Origin: the human T2T-CHM13v2.0 reference genome, Homo sapiens
Assembly (NCBI RefSeq): GCF_009914755.1
Contig: NC_060934.1
Direction: 5' to 3' (one strand)
DNA length: 64,000 nucleotides
Positions 42,064 through 57,397 of this stretch are shown one piece after another. The position numbers and the translations under genes were made by a program. Below the pieces are notes generated by a model that was not told the DNA's origin, made no database searches, and worked only from the letters and a program-made list of their open reading frames with translations. Position 1 is the first letter of the stretch; every line of letters starts with the position of its first letter.

Positions 42064-42924
42064 CAGTGGTCCAGTGAGCGAGCAAAGCTTTATCAGTATT
42101 TACGGCCACTCCTCATTGCTCCCATTACCGCCTCAGCTCCACCTCCTGTCAGATCAGTGACGGCACTGGATTCTCATAGGAGCATGAACCCTATTGCAGA
42201 CTGTACGTGCCAAGGATCTTAGTTGCGTGCTCCTTATGGGAATCTAATGCCTGATGATCTGAGATGGAGCTGATGTGGTGATGCTAGCACTGGGAGCAGC
42301 TGCAAATACAGATGAACATTAGCAGAGAGGTCTGACTGCACAGAGACCATAATAAATCACTTGCAGACTCATATCAAAACCCTATGGGTGAGTGGCAAGT
42401 GACAATTAAGCTTCATCTGGTGGCAGGCTTTACAGGTGAGTTGATATACTTCAATCATACAGCTGCATCTGGTGGCCTTATAAGTATGTTTGAGACAACT
42501 TCAAATCTCCATACATTCTGGGTTAAAGTCAAAGGGGAATATCCTCAGATTGCCACAAAAGCACTGAAGAGCCTGCTTCCATCTACAACCCCCTATCTTT
42601 GGGAAGCAGGGTTTTCTGCAGTGACAGCCACCGAAATGAGATTATGGAGTAGGCTGGACATAAACAACACACTTTGGGTGTCACTGTCTCCCAGATGGGA
42701 CCATCTAGTTGCAGGAAAACAAGCTTACGGCTCCCACTGATTCTACATCATGGTGAGTTGTATAATTATTTCATTATATATTACAATGTAATAGTAATAG
42801 AAATAAAGGGCACAATAAATGTAATGCACTTGAATCATCCCAAAACCATCCCCCACTGCCCATCCATGGAAAAATTGTCTTCCACGAAACCAGTCCCTGG
42901 TGCCAAAAAGGTCTAAGACCACTG
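42064..42924 (+). mobile_element. hAT Charlie3/MER1-type DNA transposon derivative with a decayed transposase C-terminus
   Basis: TIR CAGTGGTC...GACCACTG; 8-bp TSD cattatgt/catcacgt; MER1-like ends; ORF 42384-42740 resembles the hAT dimerisation domain (FWVKVKGEYPQIATKALKSLLP...EAGFS...RLDI...KQAYGSH). Confidence 0.85.
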
Positions 42925-43876
42925 CATCACGTTACATGGCACATATATGTTCTCATGTTCATGTTATTTAAGAGTCAAAATCATTCGTGTTGATTGAAGT
43001 TTGAGCTACCCTAAGGCATTACTAAAAGCCAGTGGTTATTATCTTTTTACAAAATTCACCAGAGGCCTTTGGAAACCCCCATGGTTCTGCTGGATGCACA
43101 TGTGCACCATGAGGCCGCATGTTAGAGTGGAGAGAGCCTGTACATGGAAGACAGATGATCTTGGACTTAGATCCCAGCTTTGCCATTATTAGTTTTGCTT
43201 CTTCCCTCTCTCTCTCTCTTTTTCCCTGTCTCTTCCTCTTCCTTACCCTCTTCAGTTTCCTCTGTTTAAAAAAAAAGGACTAAGAAAACTTACCCCTACC
43301 CTACCCACCAAAATATTATAAAGACTAAATTTCTCTTTCAGAGAGGGAGGCTGGCACTTAACAGAGGCTTCAGAAGTATGACCTCCTCCATCTCCCCATC
43401 TACTCATCTGCCACCTGTTCAAAATACACATCGTTCGTAGCATTTTAGTATAAGCTTATAGTACTCTTCAATATGCGGCCAATAATTCTATATTGATTAT
43501 AAATCAGATCATATCCCAGATTTGTTTTCTACATTTCCATGGACTTGCACCCTCTGTAATTGCTCTTTCAGCCTTCCCTTCTGGCTTTTTCTATTTTCTT
43601 TGTTTTATTAGTCAATAGTTACATCTTCCTGACAATGCAAATAAAATATTCCAAACAAGAATGTAGCTAGCAGCTGATTCATAAGATATTAAAAGGCCTT
43701 GAGTCATATTGTACTCATTGAAAACAAAGCCTTCACATATACCAATGCTTTATTACTTTCATGAAACTTAATCTTTGTCAAACCCTGAAAGGATAGCTAA
43801 TTTTACTGACCAATTTGAAAAGCAGACAATGGGAGTGAGAGCATATTCCTAAACAAATTGTTATAAATTTACACGA

Positions 43877-44035
43877 AGCCAGGCATGGTGGCTTGCATCT
43901 GTAATCCCAGCTACCTGGGAGGCTGAGGCAGGAGGATCACTTGAGCCTCAGAGTTCGAGGCTTCAGTGAGCTGTGATTGTGCCACTGCACTAGGCCTGGG
44001 TGACACAGCAAGACCTCCATCTCTTAAAAAGAAAT
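43877..44035 (+). mobile_element. FRAM/FAM-type free Alu monomer
   Basis: Single right-arm-like monomer with a short A tail. Confidence 0.75.
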
Positions 44036-44214
44036 TCCTATGAAATGAGTAGTTATAGAATAATACTGCAGACCAGAGTAGTGAACAAAAGAATAAAGAA
44101 TGAAGAGACCTGGATTCAAATCCCATGGTGCCCCTAAATAGATTATTTGCAAGTCAATGAATTTATCTGAACCTCAGATTGGCCATCTGTGAAATGGACA
44201 TAATTATCTCTTAC

Positions 44215-44515
44215 TGGCTGGGCATGGTGGCTCACACCTGTAATCCCAACACTTTGGGAGGCCGAAGCAGGCAGATCACTAGGTCAGGAGTTCAAGACCA
44301 GCCTGGCCAGCATAATAAGACCCCGTCTCTACTAAAAGTACAAAAATTACCCAGGCATGGTGGCTTGCACCTGTGATCCCAGCTACTCAGGAGGCTGAGG
44401 CAGGAGAATTGCATGAACCCGGGAGACGGAGGTTGCAGCGAGCCGAGATCACGCCACTATACTCCAGCCTGGGCGACAGAGTGAGACTCCATCTTAAAAA
44501 AAGAAAAGAAAAGAA
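44215..44515 (+). mobile_element. Alu (AluS-like) inserted in a MIR
   Basis: TSD ctcttact; MIR core sequence on both flanks. Confidence 0.9.
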
Positions 44516-46229
44516 ATAACCTCTTACTTTATGGGATTGAGAGGAATTAGAAGGTTGCAATATGCCCAGTGACCAGAGCAGAGCATTGAGTTGGGTGCTA
44601 AAAAACATTTTTTTACACTCCCTTTAATAATAAAATAAGTTTCCAATTCTAGCCCATAGGAACAGGCTAACCTGGAATTCAGAAATGGAAGAGACTAGCA
44701 AAAGTCTCAAGACTCAAATTGAATCTTGATTCATGTGAATTTGGACAAACAACTTAATCTATTTTTGTCAAAGATAGTCCTCAGGAAAAGTGACACTGAT
44801 AATGATGGTTACCTTGGTGCCTTCCTACCTGGGGCATGTTGTAAGACAATGCTATCATCGGGGTCATTGCGACTTATTACTGCTTTATTCCAATCATCGT
44901 GCTAGACACCATTTGCTTTTGTATGTGTTCTCTTGTTTCCAACTGCTTTGAGCTCTTAGGAAGTACAGAGCTACAGAACTTTAAGGTATGGCTGGCATTT
45001 CTCCTGAGTCTTTTGTTGGCATGCCTTTAGCATCTAAAGAAAAGGAGGAGAAGGAGAAGAAGCAGAAGAAAAGGAGGAGGGGGAGCAGGAGGATGAAGAA
45101 AGGAAAATTTGGAAAGCCAGGAAATTATTTGAGACAGAAATATCTCCATCTCTTTTTCTCTTGCCTCTAAATAGTATAAACCATGTTGAATGAGCCAATA
45201 TTTTCCAGTTTAAAAAAATACCAGGTGTTTTTTTCTTCATTCCTTTTGCCAACTAAGAAAAAATGTTTAGCAATTTTTTAGTAGTGAAAAAATACATGTC
45301 TGAAAATTAGAACCTGAGTCTGATAGACCATAGTCATTGGTACATAGAATGAGCTCCACGAATGTTTGCAGAATTAGATCCTGGCTTTGGCATTGACCTG
45401 AAGGTAAACTACGTGGTGATACGTCTCCTTCTCTCCCTTTCTGTAAATGAGAGTGATAGTATCATGTGCACATTTCTGGAAAGATGGTATGAAAGTCATT
45501 ACAGTTCCATTACGTTCTGAGCTTCTTGGACCAAAAGGGACAATGAAGATTTTGTTTTTTGAAAGCAAAGGTTGTTTATGCAGCTTCCGAGTGACTGACG
45601 TGCTCCACATATCCATTGTTTGCACTCCTGGGTTTATTTACTTTGAGTTTTGTCATTCTGGGACAGGAGGAGACATCCTGCTGGGGGGAAGCTGCAGGGG
45701 TGAGCTGCAGATGCTTTGAATAAGAAGGCTATTTTCATCGACTTAATTTTAGTGACATAAGAATCCGGGGGATGCTGGGGCTTGCCTGGAGACTCTCAAA
45801 CTGGAGAACCCTGGGGGTAGAAGGAAAGATCTCAAAGTCGTTCTCATGGCCAACTCTGCAGCTTTGCCAGCTTCAACGAGCCATCCCAATGTGAACTGTG
45901 CTCAATATTCTTAATATTGCTGAATTGAGGGGGTAAACCCCAATACGGTCAGTGGCCCACTCCATCCCAGTTTTCTGCTCTGGTATTTCTTCACAGTATG
46001 TTATACCATATTCTTTTATTATCAGTCACTAAAGACAACTATCTTTTCTTTTTTTTATTGACCAATATATTTATAAACTGCCACACCAGTGACAACTATA
46101 CTTTAGTAATAATTTCTGACAATTCTACTGCATTCTAGTCTTGTTTCGGTAAACAGATGGTGGTGCCCTATTCAACAGATGCTGCTGAGTGCTTTGGGCT
46201 CCACCTCCAAACACGCACTGAATTTTTGA

Positions 46230-46936
46230 GTTTTTACCTTTTGAGCACTGCTCCGCTCTAAACCAAGTCACCAAGCACCCCCAGACTCGGATGAGCTCAT
46301 GGCAGGCACATCCTCACTGGGCTCCCTGAGTCTACTCTCACATCCTACCCTTGGTTCACGACACAGAGGCAAGAGGGTGAGCTCTCAAAAAGTGAGTCAG
46401 ATCACACTAGTCCTGGCTCAAGACGCTGCAGTGGTTTCCCACCCGACGGGAGGTGGAGCTGAAGTCCTCGGCACGGCCTGTTTGCTTCTGCTACCCGCTT
46501 CCCCTCCAGCTGCTTTGTCTAGTAAACTTGCGCCCTGGCGCTGCTGGGGCGACTCCAGTCGAGGTCTAATGCTGTTCCTTGCACAGGCAGACTGTGCTCC
46601 TTTCTCAGAACCCTTGCATCTACTGCCTTCTGTCCCTGGGATACTCTTGCTCAAGATGCTGGCTTGCTTGTTCCTCTATCCCCTTCAGGTTTCAGCTTCT
46701 CCGATCACCCTATATTTGCAAACACTTCATCCCCCAGGGCCCTATACCCTGCTCTATTTTTCTGACTGATACTTATCATCACCAGTATCACGTTGCTTTT
46801 TCCTTATGAGTTCTGTCTCTCCCACTACAATAGTACCGTGAGAGTAGGGACTCTATCTTATTTCTAGCTGTATCCCCAACCCATAGAACATGATCTGGCT
46901 CACAGTAGATACTTAGTAAATATTTGTTGAATAAAA
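46230..46936 (+). mobile_element. L2 3' region
   Basis: Ends gtatccccaacccatagaaca...cagtagatacttagtaaatatttgttgaata. Confidence 0.65.
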
Positions 46937-49412
46937 GAGGAAAGAAGTATCACAAACACAAAGCCTATCTCTGAATAAGGCTGACATGAATGTTTTGCAT
47001 TAATGATAGATTTCATATAATCTGCATTTGTACACAAAGCAGGAACATATTCAAGTGCAACACGCCTTCAGAACACTTGAGTGAGAGGCGAGGGTGTGCA
47101 TTGTGGTTTAGGAAGGCTCTTGTACATAAGCATGGGAGAAACGGAGAGATGTCTTGCAGTGAAACACTTTGCCTTATGAAAAAACAACCTCATTTGTTTG
47201 ATCCTTGCCATGGTTCCAAAAAGGATTTGAGGCCAGAGTTGCAAATTGTCTTCCTTTTTCCCTTGACTTTCTATGCTTCCAAAAAAAGAAAAAAAAAGTG
47301 TTTTGAAGGACTTTTTGCTCTCAAATTTTTTAAAAATAGATTTCCAAGTAGATTGCAGGCATGATCCAAGCCTTGCCTCATTAGTTACCTTAATAGTCCT
47401 CTGATTATAATCCCACATTTATAAACCCGCACTTGTAGAGAGTGGATCCTTTAAAAACCCAGTGAATTCCATTAGGACTGACACATGCAGGAACCTCCAG
47501 GAGTTAAGGGTCACTGCTGGATGTCAGCTCAAACCTTCCCAGTAACTCTGCTCTATTGGAAGACCAGAGCTCAGCAGCAGGAGACACTCAACTTTCACTT
47601 GTTGCCCCGTTCAGTAAAAGCAAGATCCTAAATGAAAAACTGACCAACGTAAATAGCAAGAAACCAGCTTCCCATCCAACTCAGATGTAAGTAGCTTGAT
47701 CTACATCTCAAGATGGTTGAAATGTAAGCCATGTTCCTACTCTTATTTTATAGGTCATTGTAAGTAGAGAGAAACAGGAGCATTGACTACACTAAAGATG
47801 ACTACTACATAGATTAGTAAAATGTGATCATGTAAATTCTGCTAGTTAATGTCTAGTCTTTAGTAATTCTCCATGATCGCGTACAGTAATTCTACACAAT
47901 TGGGTTTACATGGTGTCATGCAGGTAATGCTGAACCACAATTTAGGTTTGCATTCGCTTCCTGTTCAGCCTTTCATCGGCTCTATAAGCTTGAATGAAGG
48001 ATTGAACCTCTTGCACTCCAAATTTCTTTGTATTAAAAAAGAGACAGAAAAAAACTAAAGTTGCCATTAGGCCTTATAAATCTAATAATTTCTATTTCAC
48101 TCTCCTACTTAGATGCTAAGTGTCATCCAGGCTCAGAGATCTACAGAGCTATTCTGATCCCCTTCCAATTCTACCTACCCCCTTGCCATTAAGGAAAACA
48201 TTAACTATGACATCAACATTAGCAGCGCATGAGTCCATTCTCAGAAATAACTCAAAGCTTCAAGAGTGGAGTAAGGGATTTCCTTCCAGAAAGCAGAGAC
48301 ACAAAAATGAAATTCAACCGGGAGCATCAACCATAGTTTATCTCCAAGACCCAATCTCATCCCTTCCACCATGTTCCTACCTGGCAATCTATAGATGATG
48401 CTGGAGGTAAACAACCCTCATCCCTTCCAGCCACGGGAGACAAGAGATATTATCCCTTTAGTTCCTACATATAAACCACAATGCACCTCTGTTCCATGGA
48501 GGGACACCTGGGGAGAAATGACTCATTTCTTTAGTCATTCTATGCCTTTTTTAAATTTCAACTTTGTAAGCATATCCGTTGCCCAGATATTGAACTTCTG
48601 TAAGTATTGTCTAAGAAAATAACAAGACAATTACATAAATATGCACGAATAAGGGTTTTCATCACAGAACTGTTGAAAATACTCACCTAGACAGGGTTGA
48701 TTAAATCAACTAAAGTACCTGCACACAATAGGACATAATATGGGCATCATTACGAATGATGTTGTAGATATGTATTTTTTTGACCTGAAAAGCATTTTTA
48801 AAACATTTTGTATACCATGATCTTGTCTTTGTAAAAAAATGCATTTATATATGCCTGGAATCACAGATGTGAAAACGCTAAGTACGTGGTAGTAGTATAA
48901 GTAATATTACTTTCTACTTTATAATTTTCATACCATGTGTCACATAACAAACATACCTCTGTTAATTAAAAAAATATTTATTTTTAGTAGACAATACCTG
49001 CATATGGTACAAAATTGGAAGCATACAAAAGAGTAAACAATAATAATTAAGGCTCCCTTTTCCTGTAGTGCCTTCCAGAAGGTAATCACTGTTACTTCTG
49101 TCTTCCCTAATCTTCCTGAGATAGTTTATGCTTATCCGTATATTGCTTTTATAATCAGAAAAACAATAATAGTAGTTCCATTTTGAAAAAATAATTTCTG
49201 CAAGATTAAAATTAAGTCTTTAGGTGTTAAATAAAATGGAAGGACTGAAACAATAATACGACGACTTGGATTTTCTTTTTTGTTTTGCGATAGAGCAGTG
49301 GGCAGGAAATACCAAATGTGTTACTTAACTCCTTAGTAGGTAATAGCCCTTCTTTATTATTATTATATTACATATATTTAAGTACATGTTTTTCTTCCCC
49401 ATAAGACTACAA

Positions 49413-49522
49413 TTTTCTTTTTAAGAGACAGGGTCTCACTCTGTTGCCTAGGCTGGTCTTAAATTCCTGGGTTCAAGCAACCCTCCTGCCTCAGCTGCCC
49501 TAGTAGCTGGAATTACATGGCC
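49413..49522 (-). mobile_element. FLAM-type Alu monomer fragment
   Basis: agagacagggtctcactctgttgcctaggctggtcttaaattcctggg. Confidence 0.7.
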
Positions 49523-49532
49523 TGAACTGTAC

Positions 49533-50176
<644 letters not shown>

Positions 50177-50551
50177 AGACTGCACATTTTTTGAGGTGCA
50201 ACACAATTTTATGTCCTCCATACTGCCTACATATAATACAATAGTTATAAGATTTTAATTTCTAATATTTACAATTTATCAAGATTTAAGTAACTGTTAA
50301 ATAATAATTTGTACACAGCAAGCAGGAAATATATACTTGCTGCATGGAAAAGTAAGTGATATGGTCTGAAACAAGATTTAATAGTTGGATCTTGAATCGC
50401 AACGTTAGCCGATGCCTGTATCGCACTCACTGTGCGCTAAGTATACTTCTCAGTACTTGACGGGAATTAACCCACTTAATCTTCTTAACAGTCCTGTGAA
50501 AAATGTTCCTATTTCACAGATAAGGAAACCAAGGCACAGAGAGAATAAGCA

Positions 50552-50636
50552 TTAGGTTGGTGCAAAAGTAGTTGCAGTTTTTGCCTTTTTTTTTTTCTTT
50601 TTTGCAAAAACTGCAATTCCTTTTGCACCACCCTAG
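50552..50636. mobile_element. MADE1 (Hsmar1 mariner MITE) inserted in a MIR
   Basis: TIRs ttaggttggtgcaaaagtagttgcagtttttgc and gcaaaaactgcaattccttttgcaccaccctag; TA at the right flank. Confidence 0.9.
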
Positions 50637-51344
50637 TAATTTGCCCAAGATCATCCCATGGGGGAGAGAACTAAGCTGGGTCCCAGGTCCAGGCAGCCTA
50701 GCCCTATGTTAGTAACCCAGTACCTTTCAACTAGGCATCTGAAAGTGTTTTATGGCGTATAGATAAAAATAGACCCACTGCTTTAATAAGGCACATGGCT
50801 ATCGTTGTGCCTAAGAGAATGGTCTTGCATCACCAGTGGAACTGAGAGCTCTGAATCTCAGCCCTGCTATGGCCACACTCTTTCACCTGAAAACTTTCAA
50901 AAGCTGCCTCACTGGCAGGCGACAACTACAGTCCAAGTGACAGAAAGGAAACACAGTGAATATTTTTCATTTCATGACTGTTAATCAAGTACTCAAAGAA
51001 CATGGAAAGGTATCACAGGGAATGTGGCTGGAGCGTGAGGCAATTGGATAAATGCCTTGGTCTGTGGCCTGCAACTTGGGTGAGTTGAATGTATTATTTT
51101 CCAAGCTTGTGGCTTTCATGAAAAATGGACTGTGTCCAGCATCTGATAGAGATGCCAAACACACACTATAAACAATTAAAAGCAAAACCTAAGGCGGGCC
51201 TTTGCAGGGTGATAAGAGAAGGCAAGATGAGAAGTAGTGAGCTAAACTCCATGAACAATTCAAACAACATGATGACAAAAACAAGAATCCCTGTGTCATC
51301 TAAAGAAACATAGAGATGAAAGGAAACTTGTGAATTCCCATTAT

Positions 51345-51511
51345 GACCCAAAATGTGGCCCTCAGACTGGCATCATTAGCATAACTTTGGAGCTGGGTGG
51401 AAATGCAGACTCTTGCACCCCACCCCAGAGACCCCCTGAATTCAAGCCCACATTTTAGCGAGATCCCCAGATGGTTCAAATGCACCTGAAAGTTTGAGAA
51501 ACACTGATCTA
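51345..51511. mobile_element. MER5A/B-like hAT MITE
   Basis: gaaatgcagactct...ccccacccca...aaagtttgagaaacactgatcta. Confidence 0.75.
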
Positions 51512-51517
51512 TTTTAA

Positions 51518-51901
<384 letters not shown>

Positions 51902-52508
51902 TGATACAGACAAGACTAAAATCCAAATGGGAAACTAGGATGGGACAAATACAAAATTGTTTTACATGTTGTTTTACACTGATCGTTGTGTGTGTTAGTA
52001 ATGTGCGTGGCTGTAAGTGGGGATTACAATGATACGGAAATGGGGAATAACTTCAGTTTCTGCATAACCAACTGAAGTCCATAATTAATTAATGTCCAGC
52101 CATGCTTATCCCCACAGACCCTCACTATTTCTTGGGAAAATGTATTCCCTTAGTAAGGGTAATTTTCCTAATATCAACTTTTTTCCTCCAATTCTCCAGT
52201 GCAACTGCAGGAAAAAAAAAATTTTTAGGCTGTCTTCTCCATGTTATGATAATTACTGCCGTATTGAAAATGTAATTCTCTTCTAAAAAGATGAATGTTA
52301 AATGGACCAGCTTCGCTCTACATTATGATTATCCATCATTTCAATTTCTCAATTGATGTTCCAAACAGTTGCAAATCAGCCAGGTATTTATTAGAAGAAT
52401 TCTTTTTTTCCTTTTGGAAGCAGCAGCATGCATATTTCCATCCATGGGAGAGAAGGTAATTGGAGAGTTTTTAAACAGGGTTTGTCTCACTTCTAATGCC
52501 TTGGGAGG

Positions 52509-52522
52509 GGTTAATGATTAAT
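52509..52522 (+). promoter_or_regulatory. HNF1A/B-type palindromic motif
   Basis: GGTTAATGATTAAT versus consensus GGTTAATNATTAAC. Confidence 0.45.
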
Positions 52523-52557
52523 TTATATTTAAAAGCAAATTGAGAAATGGACATAGC

Positions 52558-52923
<366 letters not shown>

Positions 52924-53901
52924 TCAGCCTGAAAAATGTGATATTTGTTACCTTGTATCAAGGTTGAATTTTTAGTAATGGTGGTTGAGATCCAACTCTG
53001 GTAACCTGAATTCTTATCCGGATTGCATAAGAGAATCTTGTTGGATTTGCCCGTATCATGTAACAGTATGTATGGGTCTCTCTCTTTCAACGCATTCCTC
53101 TCTGTGCAGTGTTTTTTGAGCTCTTAGTGTGTACCCAGCACTGCCACTCACATTGCCGCCCCGACTACACATTCAGTGTTTATCTCTTGAAGTGGCCGTG
53201 AGTTTCAAGTTTCTAAAATCAGTGATCCTCATCCAGGATTTATTCAAAAGAATATTTTTTCTTGCTCGAGTGACTTATTATTTGAGAATTTCTAATTTCC
53301 TATAACTAGAAAATGATCAGCATTACTGGAAAAAAGTGGAAAGCCTGAGGCATTTCCTGGACCACACGGATCCACTCAAACACGAGCCTCCCAAGTGGGT
53401 CGCTGTGCAAGTCTACGTAAGAGGATCTGTTGACGCCATCTGGGGAAGGAGCCATAGAGCTGGAATTCGCACCCAGGAGCAGAGCTCTCGGGGTCCTCTT
53501 CAGAAAGAACCTTTTGGCTTCTGTTATTTCTCAACAACATGAAACATTATACTGCCCAATACTCGATGAAAGTGTGATGCTTTCTGCATAGAGTGGGTTG
53601 TATATTTATGAAACACCAAGTCATCTTGTGAGCAAGAGTGGTTCCCACACACTAAGTAAAGTGAAAAGATAGAACTTCTATCTATTACCAAAGAGGGACA
53701 GAGTGATGGAGAGAGGAATTCGACGTACCTTCCTCAATTGTCTGGCCATTCGAATCTGTAAGGAAGGATGGGAAAAGGTGTCTGAGTCAATAATTAAGTA
53801 CCAATTATGGCACATAGAAGAGGCATTAGAGGCCCAAAGAAAACAGAAGCCATGAAAAGGTTTGGGGAGATGGCTAGAGGCTTTACATTTTATGCTTTAA
53901 A

Positions 53902-54210
53902 TTTATTTTTATTTATTTTTTATAGAGACAGGGTCTTGTTCTGTCTCCCAGGCTAGTGTGCAGTGACACAATCATGGCTCACTGCAGCCTCAACCTCCCA
54001 GGCTCAAGGGATCCTCCCGCCTCAGCCTCCTAAGTAGCTGGGACCACGGGCATTCGCCCCCACACCTGGCTATTTTGTATTTTTTTGTTGTTGAGACAGT
54101 GTTTCACCATGTTGTCCAGGCTGGTCTTGAACTTCTGAGCTCAAGCGATCCGCATGCCTGGATCGCTCCCAAAGTGCTGGAATTACAGGTGTGAGCCACC
54201 GCACCTGGCT
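53902..54210 (-). mobile_element. Alu (AluJ-like)
   Basis: aatcatggctcactgcagcctcaacctcccaggctcaag. Confidence 0.88.
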
Positions 54211-56030
54211 AGCCTCACGTTTTAGATTTCGATTTACTGATATTTTATTCACTCTTCTGGATCACATTTGATTTAGAGTTTTACAGTAGAAGTCCCCCAG
54301 GAGTCTTGCTGATGACATGGGACCCAAATCCCCGAAGGCTTCATCGAATTCCCTTTTAATCTTTCTTCCATCACTGTATTATAGCCTGTCTGGTGATATA
54401 TGTCTTTCTGAAGATAATTATCTCCCTCTGGCATGTTTTTTGTATTCTTCAATAACTTCCACAGTGTTTGAAATCTTCAATCATTTCTCTTTTATCTCAT
54501 ACAGCATAACGCATAACATTTTCCCTCATGAAGAGTTCTTGCATAAGGAGATCGTAAAGTTCTTTGCATATGTTAATTATTTCTTTCACCAGGAAATTCT
54601 TCTCCCTATTTTGCATCCTTGGGAAACTGAGGCAAAAAGCTAACTGACATATCGAAGTCACATTAAAAAAAATGGGACCAGAGGTTGAAATATTATCCAG
54701 AAGATAAAGTCCTCAGTGCTCTCTTCAGAAAGAAATTGTATTCTAAATGCGAGCTAAATAATGATGATCAAGAAATTAAATCAAGGAGTTGAGAGACCTC
54801 TGTAGTTTCAGTTCGCTGATCTACAAATCTGAAGAACGACTTACTCTTAAGGAAGATGTGGCCCCTACGATTTATAGTGAAACTCATATTGCCAAGATTT
54901 ATTACCATGCACACATCCTCACACAGCAGGATTTTTAGTATCCTACTACGAAGTGTTATTTGAAATCATTAAAACTAAACGGCACCTGTCAAAATCAATC
55001 AACCGATACATTTACTGATTCAGAATCTCTGGCTTTTCATCTTTTCCCTATATTCATTAATTCTTAATACTCTTTCCCATCATTAGCGTTTCATTTCCAA
55101 GTACTCCTGTCCTATAAAAATAGTGCATTAAAATGAAATTGGGTATTTAATGTCCGATTCTGTCTTTGATTCATCTGGGTTGAGCTTTTGTCCACACAGT
55201 GTCGCTTCCAGGGCTGTTCTATGGTTTTCCCTCCTATAAAATGTTTTTACAGCTTTATGCTGTAAAAGTCAATCCAGCTGACGTATCTTGTATGTAGGTC
55301 TGTTTGATTTAACATGCTTCTGTTTAACAATGGAGTTTCCTGACGCTGTCAAAATAAGTAAGGTATTAAATGCCTTTTTCGAAATGACTGTTTTTAAAAG
55401 AGAGATTAAGTAAACAAGCCATTCCTGCTGGTAAAATAATTGATTATGTTGCTGACTATTTAATATTATGTTTAGCCAGAACTCCCTAGGGACAGTTTAT
55501 TACATTAGCATAAACAAAGAGAGAGCAGCCGTGCTCCACGAGGGAAGCACATGAGAAGCCGCTGCAGATATTTGCATTTGAAAAGAAGAGAACAAACGCC
55601 TTCCTTGTTGAAGTGACCAGCAGATCCCGTGAAAACGTGCACACAGATAGGCATGTTGCAGACGTATCCACGCCATATTAAAAAACAGACCTAAGTGTTT
55701 TATAAATAACTCCTACAGTTCTCTAACGAGGTATGCAATTAAGAAAACGGTTTGGTTAATAAAGTTTGAAATCCTGAAGGCAGGTAGGAATCTGGCTGTT
55801 TTTAATCTTCATTTTTCTTCGTAACAGTCCGGTTTTGTTTCCACATTCTGGTTACACTCGGGAAAATCTATTAACCTATTTTCAACAGACTCCTTTGGTA
55901 AGGTATCATAAAGAGAAATTGATTCACTCTCCAAGTCTCCCTTGCTGAGTTAGGCATAAAATATATTATTAAAAGATACTGGGCTAGCCAGGACATGAGA
56001 TTATATCTGCATGCCGCTGTGTGAGCATGT

Positions 56031-56339
56031 GTTTTCTTTTCTTTTTTTTCCTTTTTTTTTTTTTTTTTTTTTTTTGAGACTGAGTCTCACTCTGTTGCCC
56101 AGGCTGGAGCTCACTGCAACCTCCATCTCCCAGGGTTCAAGCGATTCTTCTACCTCAGCCTCCCGGGTAGCTGGGATTACAGGCACCCGCCACCACGCCC
56201 AAATAATTTTTGTATTTGTAGTAGAGATGGGGTTTTGCCATGTTGGCCAGGCTGATCTCGAACCCCTGACCCCAAGTGATCCGCCCGCCTCAGCCTCCTA
56301 AGGTGCTGGGATTACAGGCGTGAGCCACCGCACCCGACC
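56031..56339 (-). mobile_element. Alu with a small internal deletion
   Basis: Reverse dimer. Confidence 0.88.
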
Positions 56340-57091
56340 TCTAACATACGTTTTCATTTTGGGATTAGAAAACATTTGCATCTCTTGCTATGTTGGACTT
56401 TGAAAGAAAGAAAGTAGGAAGCAAATGTGTTAAAAATCTACTACATTTTCCTTGTCTGTTTGTGAAAGCCAGGAGTTTTTACAAGCACTCTTTTATTGAA
56501 TTCCCCCCCAAACCGTGGGAGGTAGTTATTATCGGCATTTTTACAGTTGAAGACACAAAGAGTGAGTGAGGTTTAGTAATTCACTTAAGGCCACACAGCT
56601 AGGAAAAGGCACCATCAGATGAGCTGGTGTCTTCAGGTTGGCAAAGCCCTCTTCTTTGTGAATGCAGACTGGCACTCTCCTACCCGCATGCTCCACTCCT
56701 GGGGAACCCAGGTAGGAAGGCTGGCACTGAGGAGTGGGTAAGAGAAAAGGCTAAGTAACAAACAGGATACCCAAAAAAGGCAGGAGCCAGCCTGACGAAC
56801 AATCCTCCCCGAACCATACCAGTCCTATAACACTCTGTGCAGAACATCTAATATTTAGTGACTGTACTGATACCACCCTGGCACCTCCCATTCTTCAGAG
56901 AGAATGGCTGGTTGAATCAAAGGATCAAGGGAATTGGCTCAATGTGAGGGCCTCCATTGAACTTGAAAATGAAAATATGGGTTTTCGAGTTGGGGAAATA
57001 AGAATAATGGATAAAGGGATTAACATTGTTTCTTGTTAGATATTCAACTTCATAGATTTTTGATTTAAGGAAAATTGAAAGTCAGACCTAT

Positions 57092-57397
57092 TTTTTTTTT
57101 TTTTTTTTTTTTTTTGAGACAGGTTCTTGTTCTGTTGCCCAGGCTGGAATGCAGTGGCATGATCTCGGCTAATTGCAACCTCCATCTCCTGGGTTCAAGC
57201 CATTCTTGCACCTTAGCCTTCCAAGTAGTTGGGATTACAGGTGTGTGCCACCATGCCCGGGTAATTTTTCTATTTTTAGTAGAGACAGGGTTTTGCCACG
57301 TTGGCCAGGCTGGTCTTGAGCATCTGACCTCAGATGATCTGCCTGTCTCAGCCTCCCAAAGTGTTGAGATTACAGCCATGAGCCACTGCACCCAGCC
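57092..57397 (-). mobile_element. Alu (AluS-like)
   Basis: Reverse dimer. Confidence 0.9.

Noticed and set aside
54300-54640. Possible processed pseudogene fragment in unique AT-rich sequence
   Set aside because: No recognisable protein similarity in any frame, and no poly(A) tail or TSD
55630-55670. HRE-like AACGTGCACACAG and p53 half-site AGGCATGTTG
   Set aside because: Short motifs expected by chance; no second p53 half-site
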